Shown here: positions 57,484 to 64,000 of the stretch, piece after piece
How the letters are laid out: every line of letters begins with the position of its first letter
Numbering within the stretch: the stretch's first letter is position 1
NCBI GenBank assembly: GCA_963693365.1
Contig: CAVNZM010000011.1
Location: 2,957,098-3,021,097, forward strand
DNA length: 64,000 nucleotides
Direction: 5' to 3'
From: Amoebidium appalachense
Taxonomy: Eukaryota; Protista; Ichthyosporea
Position numbers and translations under genes: made by a program
The notes under the pieces: model-generated
The model's database searches: none
Seen by the model: the letters and a program-made list of their open reading frames with translations, nothing else
What the model was told of the DNA's origin: nothing

Positions 57484-59064
57484 CTTGTCTCAACAGTCGC
57501 TTGATCGTAGCGTTGTACTGGGTCCGTAACCGTAACTTAGAGGTTTCTCTGTGAGACTTCATTATTTGCTGACTTACATTGACTGGCCCACCGGGACCTT
57601 TATATACTTGTGGTCTGGCTCACTGGAATGTTACATACTATTCCCGATTGGTCTACCCGCCGCTATGGATCTAGTCGCTACCAATCAGAACACTCCAACA
57701 GAATCTTCTAGACTCCTCTAGATCTATCCTGATCTATCGTGAACCTATCCACCAGTTTATCCCGAATATCTCGAATATTCCCGATCACTAGTGCTACGCT
57801 AACGCAGGGCATACCGGATGGCTATCCTGTTCGACATCACAAACATGGGAAGCAGAACGTTTGATTTACACTTTTCTACTGTCGTTTTCAGTGCACAAAA
57901 CACATAGACTAGTTACCCATCATACACGACACTATGTCTGACAACTTACAGTTGCAGCAACTAGTCCAACTACTGGAGCAGAGGTTGGCCTCACAAGATG
58001 CAATCATTTCTGACTTACAGAAGGAACAACGTGCACTAGAACTAGCTTCTATGAACACAATGTCCAACACCCCATACATCCTCTGCCTGAAGGCAACTTT
58101 CATACCACAACTGCCACAGCTCTGGCTGCTTTTCCGGGTCGGGAAACCTTAAAGTATAAACGGTAACGCTCTGGCCGACACCGGCTTGCGGGTTTACATT
58201 TTCCTTACCCCTGTCCTTTCGAGTCTCACTAGCATAGTTACTCTTACAGTATAGTAGTACAATGCACTTGTTCCCCATGATCTCTAAAGCGGAAACTAAC
58301 CATCCCTAAAAAGATACAACGCCATGGCATGGGCATATTGCCCATCCAGGTGCCACAGCAACCATAGGGGTCTTTGCGAGGGCAGTGTTCAACAAACAGT
58401 ACACCTACGTACGGCGGTTTTTTCGGGGGTGCGGCCGCATAAACAGACCGGCGATCAGCCGCACTCTTGTAGGTCTAAATCACCAATCGGCCGAGCCGAA
58501 AGAGAGGTTAAACGTCAAATAAAAATTGATGAAATTTAACTCGTTTGTTGATCACGTTGCTGCCGAAGGCGAGTAAATCTGTGGAGAACATTTTCCCGCC
58601 ATTTTAGTAGGCCGCACCACCCCCGAGACCAAAAATCTTGCGCAAACAAATGAGCAAATTCCGATGACGTTGCCTTGGACGGCCTGGTGTTTCTACATAG
58701 CTATAGATGGCCGTGTGCTATACCATAACTTGAACTTGCAGTCTTTTCAATCATTTGGGGTTTACACACTTTTTATTGGGTGGACACTGCCGGAGGCCCA
58801 GCCACATTCGACGGCCTACTGCGTTTTCCAGCACAGCCAATCAAATGCAGCCAGTGACATATGTACATGGGGGTTTACGCTGTTTACTCGAGGCAAAGAG
58901 AACCAGTCTCAGGTATGGGGGGGGGGTTTTTGCTCGGAATATCCCCTCAGCGGTATATCATGATCACGTACATAGATGTCGGGTGGTGACTATATATCAG
59001 GGTTTACTTTCTCTACGAGACACCATAAAGACTACAAGGAGAAATCAATTAGTTGGGGTTCCCC

Positions 59065-59114
<50 letters not shown>

Positions 59115-59149
59115 GGGGGCTCCCCCTCGGGACACTCGGTATCAGCTGG

Positions 59150-59224
<75 letters not shown>

Positions 59225-59228
59225 TGCG

Positions 59229-62200
59229 CTATAATTTTGTAGTGATGTGTTTCTCAAGCCAATCAATACATCTAATAAACAGGTCGTAGTTACGCGTGTT
59301 TAGTATAAAATCAAGGATGTTGTAATTTACAGGTAGGCTATCTTTCTGGGTGTCTGTTGTGAATGTGACGTGTGTGTGTTGCGGTATTATGTGGTCTATC
59401 AAACTACATTTGGCGATACATGACCGGTTAAACTGGTGTGTGTGTGTGTTGTTTGGGCATGCAAATGATGCCACCTTATACTTATTAGATCTCCACTGTA
59501 TAGCACGTGTACAGTAAAAGCGTGGTAATTGATCAATAATACCATCAGCTAGAGAAAGACCAGTTCTACAGGAAGGTAATATGTATTTAGGTGTTATACA
59601 CTTGCGAGTGCCATATTTGGCAATATGGTTGAGGCGGTCAGTATATATAAAACGAGACATAAGGCTTAGTTTTTCAAGGTGTATGCTTTCATCGGGTCTA
59701 GTGTCGTGTGGTATCTTTTTCCATTTGTTATATTGCGTGATTATCTTGTGATTGTGTACATGTTTAATAAGTAAGTGGCAGTCCAAAGTCACACACACAC
59801 TATTGCGGGGTTTATTTGTATTTGTGCCCAGGGGAGAAGGGGAGAGAGAGGGGAGGAAAGAGGGGAGAGGTGAGGAGGGGACAGGTCGGATAGAGAAGAG
59901 AGGGTGGGAGGGCAAATACTTCTTTAAGCGGCTTATGTGCTTATTGAATTTCAGCGCGAGATAGGATACTCTAGCAGCTATTGGGACCAGACCATATATC
60001 GAGAGCGTTACAGGCCCAGGTTTACAACAGTTGTTAGATAGAAAGGAGGCAACTTCTGCTTCAAGGAAATTTGCCAAGGGTTTAAGCGCTCTAGTTCTCT
60101 CTTTCTTGATCCAAGCGGCGAGAAGGGGTAAACCATATTCACATGCCGGGAAGACAAAAGTGCGAATAAATGTAAGTCTAATAGAAGGATGGAGGGGTGT
60201 GTCTTTAAAAATATTAGCCGAGAAGAAAGCTAACCGCTTACGAGCCAACTCTACCCTCTTTTCGACCATATGGGGAAACATAACACCAACAGAATCAACC
60301 GGAACACCAAGATATTTGTATTCTGGAACTATAGGTACAGGTTTAGATGATAATGTAAATGTGTGTAAATTGTTAGCTATATCAGGTACAAGAACACCAC
60401 ATTTGTCTATGTTAAGGATCATAAGGTTTGCCTTGCACCACTCTGACACTACATCGAACAATCTTTGCAGGCGTCTAGGGGTACGGGCAAGGAGGGACAG
60501 ATCATCAGCATAGAGAAGTGCAGGCGGAAAGTTATTAATAGGGTCATCGTTTTCGGCGTAAATCTTGACAGCCAAATCATCTATAAATAGGTTAAACAAA
60601 AAGGGGCTAAGCAATGAACCCTGCAAGAGACCTCTAGTACGAGCAAAACCATATGAAAGATGCCCATTAACCACAGCTCTACCATAGGTTTGAGACAAGA
60701 GTGCTTCTAACAGAACACCAATGCAGTGTGGTACACCCCGTGCAGCAAGCTTTTCCCATAGGAGACCAGGGGAGACAGAATCGTAAGCAGTTTTCCAATC
60801 AATAAAGCCAACATATTGTGCACCAACTTGCATAGAATCGTGCAGTGCCATTATTTGAACATAACATGAATTGTTTTTACGAAAAGCGGATTGGCATGGG
60901 TGTATGTGAAGAATAGATTGAAACCTAGGGTGATGTGCAAATAGCCTAAGTAAGCAAGCTTCAAAGAATCTACGAACAACCTGGGTTAGTGTAATGGGGC
61001 GAAAGGATGATATGGGGCCCTCAGAGTCCTTCTTAACTATGGGGATCACTAAGGTATCTAACCAAGATGACGGGACATGTCCACATTTAACACACCAAGA
61101 AAAGAGAGAGCTTAACATGATAGTAAGATCAGGTTTAATAGCACGATCACTTTCCTTTTGTGGGTAGGAGGGAACAAGGATTTTAAGAAACCCAGCAGGG
61201 AGTCCATCAGGTCCACAAGACTTACTAGAGCTATAACTAGATATCACAGACCATATGGCATCGGGACTGAAAAAGGGGAGGATCGATTCTATGGGGATAG
61301 ATGGGTCTACAGGCCACACAATAGGTTTCTGAGCGGGGGTCCTATCTTTAAACAGTTCCGAGAAATACTTATCAGAGTCTATGAGGGGGTCTCCAGTGGT
61401 ATCACCAATAATACGAGCAGGGGGGCCAAATCGATTCATACTAGCAAGCCGGCGCAAGCTTTCCTTTTGAGACAGGGGTTCACCTAGTCTAGCGGGAGTG
61501 GTGTTTGGTAACAAGAGAGCATCGGGATATTCCTTCCTACCACCGCCAGCATAATCACCGAGATCTATCAAATCATCAACAATAAAGTTAGTGCATGTAT
61601 CTAGTACGAGATGTGAATCTGGCCTGGCTTGTGCAGATTCTAATAGGCGCATATATATAGGGTGTTTCGTAGCATAGCATACACATACATCAACTCTACC
61701 CCACTGTGACTTAAGCTGGGATAGACGGAGGCGAAAGGTGGGAGGGGGAGGGGGGAGCAGATCAAGGGAGATCTTAGGTAGGAAAAGGATAGGAGAGTGG
61801 TCAGATGACCTAGAGAGGTTAGGAGGGAGAGAGAGTTTTGACATGGTTGATGGCCAAAAGGCCACTCCCCAGTCGGTGTTGTGGGCATGGGATATTTGAG
61901 GGAACCGCAAAGTGTGACTTTGGACATACCTTGCTAAAGGGATAGCACGCTCCGGGGGCTTAGATGGGTACCCGACACTCACTTGCAGTGTGTCTGTGTG
62001 GTGGAGTCGCGTGTTAAAATCACCTAAAATAACAGTGGACATTGGTAACTGTGACAACTCGTGAGTCAATTCGACAACCGACATAGATGGTGGGTAATAT
62101 ACAAAAGTAAAAACATTAGAAAGAAACTCTATAGAAACCGAGAATTCCGTTTTTGCTACCGGTTTGCACTTCACTCTCACGTGTGGTGCGGCAAGTACAA

Positions 62201-62423
62201 TAATGCCTCGGTTTTTCGCGTAACCGGGGTGTGTGGATGTGTCGACCAATGTAGAGTTGAATTTGTGGTGGTTTTTAAACTGTGTTTCGCAAATCACTGT
62301 AAACGTGTGGTTGTTTGTCTGTTGTTGTATGTAGCTGATTTTATCGTCGAGTGTCCCGGGGGGGAGGCCCTTTTGGGGGCCCAGTGTCCGAGCATTCCAG
62401 AAGAAGAAGGATAAATTAGGCAT
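59229..62423 (-). CDS. LINE ORF2 APE-RT (copy 2)
   Basis: Same 1064-aa sequence as 29356-32550. Confidence 0.95.
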   Translation of the reverse strand: MPNLSFFFWNARTLGPQKGLPPGTLDDKISYIQQQTNNHTFTVICETQFKNHHKFNSTLVDTSTHPGYAKNRGIIVLAAPHVRVKCKPVAKTEFSVSIEFLSNVFTFVYYPPSMSVVELTHELSQLPMSTVILGDFNTRLHHTDTLQVSVGYPSKPPERAIPLARYVQSHTLRFPQISHAHNTDWGVAFWPSTMSKLSLPPNLSRSSDHSPILFLPKISLDLLPPPPPTFRLRLSQLKSQWGRVDVCVCYATKHPIYMRLLESAQARPDSHLVLDTCTNFIVDDLIDLGDYAGGGRKEYPDALLLPNTTPARLGEPLSQKESLRRLASMNRFGPPARIIGDTTGDPLIDSDKYFSELFKDRTPAQKPIVWPVDPSIPIESILPFFSPDAIWSVISSYSSSKSCGPDGLPAGFLKILVPSYPQKESDRAIKPDLTIMLSSLFSWCVKCGHVPSSWLDTLVIPIVKKDSEGPISSFRPITLTQVVRRFFEACLLRLFAHHPRFQSILHIHPCQSAFRKNNSCYVQIMALHDSMQVGAQYVGFIDWKTAYDSVSPGLLWEKLAARGVPHCIGVLLEALLSQTYGRAVVNGHLSYGFARTRGLLQGSLLSPFLFNLFIDDLAVKIYAENDDPINNFPPALLYADDLSLLARTPRRLQRLFDVVSEWCKANLMILNIDKCGVLVPDIANNLHTFTLSSKPVPIVPEYKYLGVPVDSVGVMFPHMVEKRVELARKRLAFFSANIFKDTPLHPSIRLTFIRTFVFPACEYGLPLLAAWIKKERTRALKPLANFLEAEVASFLSNNCCKPGPVTLSIYGLVPIAARVSYLALKFNKHISRLKKYLPSHPLFSIRPVPSSPLPSFLPSLSPSPLGTNTNKPRNSVCVTLDCHLLIKHVHNHKIITQYNKWKKIPHDTRPDESIHLEKLSLMSRFIYTDRLNHIAKYGTRKCITPKYILPSCRTGLSLADGIIDQLPRFYCTRAIQWRSNKYKVASFACPNNTHTHQFNRSCIAKCSLIDHIIPQHTHVTFTTDTQKDSLPVNYNILDFILNTRNYDLFIRCIDWLEKHITTKL

Positions 62424-63600
62424 CGGTTTGGTCCGACACCTGTGGGGTTGGTTCCCACTTGTCGCTTACGGGGTCGTATGCACGACCTTCCGCCAGCGCG
62501 AACAGTTCGCAGAAGAGCTCGATTTCCATCTCGCATCGGCGTTTGCGCTCGAGCAGTTTCTCACCAGAAAACATTGGTTCCTTCGTGTCCGTGTCTATCA
62601 CGCTCGTAGCATCGTTTTCCAACTTTGCGAGGAACTCTTTTGCCTTGCTGATGCGTACACGACAACGTGTGGCGCACGCATTCTTAGCAGACACTTTACG
62701 TTCTTTGTCTGCTTTCTGAATGTTTTCCGGCGCGCATGGGTCGTAGCTTGGGAGGTGGGTGAAGAAGCTTCCACACCCCTTTGTCGCGTCACGGATGAAC
62801 GCACGGTTATAGTCGCCCCGTACTGCTACTTCCAGCACATCGTATCCAATGAAGGACAGACAAAGGATGCGAGAGCACCGGAAGCCGAGAGCCTTGAAGA
62901 TGGACCACATGGCCCTGTGTGGGCGTCTGCCGTGCTTGACTTTGAAATACACCCTCTCGTATTTGGGTGGGATGTTGATGTTACCGTTTGCTTGGGTGTT
63001 CCCCTTAGCCGGCGGTTTGGGAGGGGAGTTGCGGCGGTACTCGTTGCCTGCAAGAATGCTGGCATATGTTTCCTTGGCAATTTGGCGGAGCTCGGGTGTT
63101 TTACGAGAGTTCGCATATTCTGGGAACTCTGCCGGGAGCTGTGCTTCCGGTCCTGTGTTGTTTTGTGTTGGGGTGGAAATGTCTCCGTCGCGAGATGTTT
63201 GCTCATGAGTTTTGGGGTTTTGCGATCCACTAATGTTTAGCTGGGCTGTGAGTGAATCAATGGTGAGCTTGAGTTGGGTATTTTCTGTTTGGAGTTTTTC
63301 TATCATGTTCTTGAGTGGTAACAGCTCATTTAGCTGTTTCTTAACGAGGGCAAGTTCTGCCAGTACTGTATCAACCGAAAGTTTCGGCATGGTTGTTATT
63401 GTGTTTCTACGGAGTGGTGTGGTGTTATTCTGAATGGGTAGTGTATTGTAAATAGGTGTTGCGCTTAGTCTAAGGCGATGTTTTTCTGGTTGTGCATCTG
63501 TGGTAGGTGTATCTGCTGGACGTTTTAATGGTCGCACATGTGTGATGGGTGTAGATGGAACTTTGAAAGAGGTTCTGAAACGATTATAGGCATGTGCCAT
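62416..63600 (-). CDS. LINE ORF1 (copy 2)
   Basis: 394 aa, one substitution relative to copy 1. Confidence 0.85.
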   Translation of the reverse strand: MAHAYNRFRTSFKVPSTPITHVRPLKRPADTPTTDAQPEKHRLRLSATPIYNTLPIQNNTTPLRRNTITTMPKLSVDTVLAELALVKKQLNELLPLKNMIEKLQTENTQLKLTIDSLTAQLNISGSQNPKTHEQTSRDGDISTPTQNNTGPEAQLPAEFPEYANSRKTPELRQIAKETYASILAGNEYRRNSPPKPPAKGNTQANGNINIPPKYERVYFKVKHGRRPHRAMWSIFKALGFRCSRILCLSFIGYDVLEVAVRGDYNRAFIRDATKGCGSFFTHLPSYDPCAPENIQKADKERKVSAKNACATRCRVRISKAKEFLAKLENDATSVIDTDTKEPMFSGEKLLERKRRCEMEIELFCELFALAEGRAYDPVSDKWEPTPQVSDQTDA

Positions 63601-64000
63601 GACATGGATGGGGGTGTTCCCCGGCCCTTAGGGCCACGGATGGCCTGGTTTAGGGGTGGATGCGCGAAGGATACTATTTATTAGCAGATAATAAAGAGCG
63701 ACATTTGAATCGATGTGAATGTATTTGTACATGCTAGGCAACAATGAGCGCCATCGTAGTATCTGACACCCCTATTACATATTATGGGTAAGCAGAGGCT
63801 AGCATCGGTAGCTCCGAAAGAAAGTTAAGGCACCGGATCACAATATCATACTGTGCATTCAATTAATTCGAAGACTCCGGTTGTGTTTTCACAACCAGCC
63901 TCCGCATGAAGAAGCTACTACTGGCGTACGCGTGAGTCCCAAAGGTTAAAACCGTAGTTCCTAATAACTTTGCACACTGTCAACACATTCGGCTTGTTAC

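Larger units (their letters stand above)
54266..57836 (-). mobile_element. Ty1/Copia element B, internally deleted (no RT), nested in the Copia A 3' LTR
   Basis: 306-bp LTRs 54266-54571 and 57531-57836. TSD TCACA at 54261-54265 and 57837-57841. PBS GGTTACGGACCCAG; PPT AAGTGGGGG. Confidence 0.93.
48617..58069 (+). mobile_element. Ty1/Copia LTR retrotransposon A (near-intact; 3' LTR interrupted by Copia B)
   Basis: 5' LTR 48617-49381; 3' LTR 53729-54265 + 57842-58069, with one substitution seen between them. TSD CCCCA at 48612-48616 and 58070-58074. PBS GGTTATGGGCCC; PPT AATTGAGTAGGGG. Confidence 0.95.
47861..58278 (-). pseudogene. THAP zinc-finger gene (transposase-like), split by Copia A: parts 58278-58070 and 48611-~47861
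   Basis: Removing 48617-58069 plus one CCCCA gives an in-frame MGNKCIVLLYCKSNY..LRFPDPEKQPELWQLW..DVWGSKACFFETYKDGRPHVCVKHFVDSDYF..PPIAPRIF. This has the C2CH THAP signature with conserved P, W, F and an AVPTIF-like box. The downstream coiled coil is frameshifted and contains a TGA (48279-48281). Confidence 0.8.
58870..63725 (-). mobile_element. Full-length LINE copy 2
   Basis: ORF2 protein is identical to copy 1 and ORF1 differs by one residue (L/P). 8-bp TSD TGTACATG at 58862-58869 and 63726-63733. Confidence 0.95.

Noticed and set aside
58870-63725. LINE copy 2 as a segmental duplication or assembly duplicate
   Set aside because: It has a different TSD, flanks, 5' junction, microsatellite lengths and point substitutions.

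Overview
Eukaryotic genomic DNA with spliceosomal GT-AG introns rich in poly-C/poly-G tracts and (CA)n repeats; the gene content suggests an opisthokont or protist, but the species cannot be determined from this window. The left ~29 kb holds four intron-containing host genes: the 3' part of eIF2B-gamma (+), an ANTH/AP180-PICALM clathrin adaptor (-), an ankyrin-repeat protein with a signal peptide and C-terminal KEEL (+), and an STK19 homolog (-) with an in-frame TGA and a non-AG acceptor. The right ~35 kb is a deeply nested transposon island. It contains two nearly identical full-length APE-RT LINEs that end in AAACCCCC rather than poly(A), and a 5'-truncated third copy. That third copy is split by a chromodomain Gypsy (itself split by a three-LTR tandem TRIM) and by a TA-flanked Tc1/mariner-type non-autonomous element carrying an ORF. 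A Copia element has a second, RT-deleted Copia inside its 3' LTR. Removing the insertions by hand restores a hidden THAP-domain gene flanked by inverted repeats, probably an old P-like DNA transposon. Host introns also carry a dispersed, 5'-truncated, poly(C)-anchored SINE-like family whose 3' end resembles the LINE terminus. All protein family calls are from recalled motifs; no database search was run.
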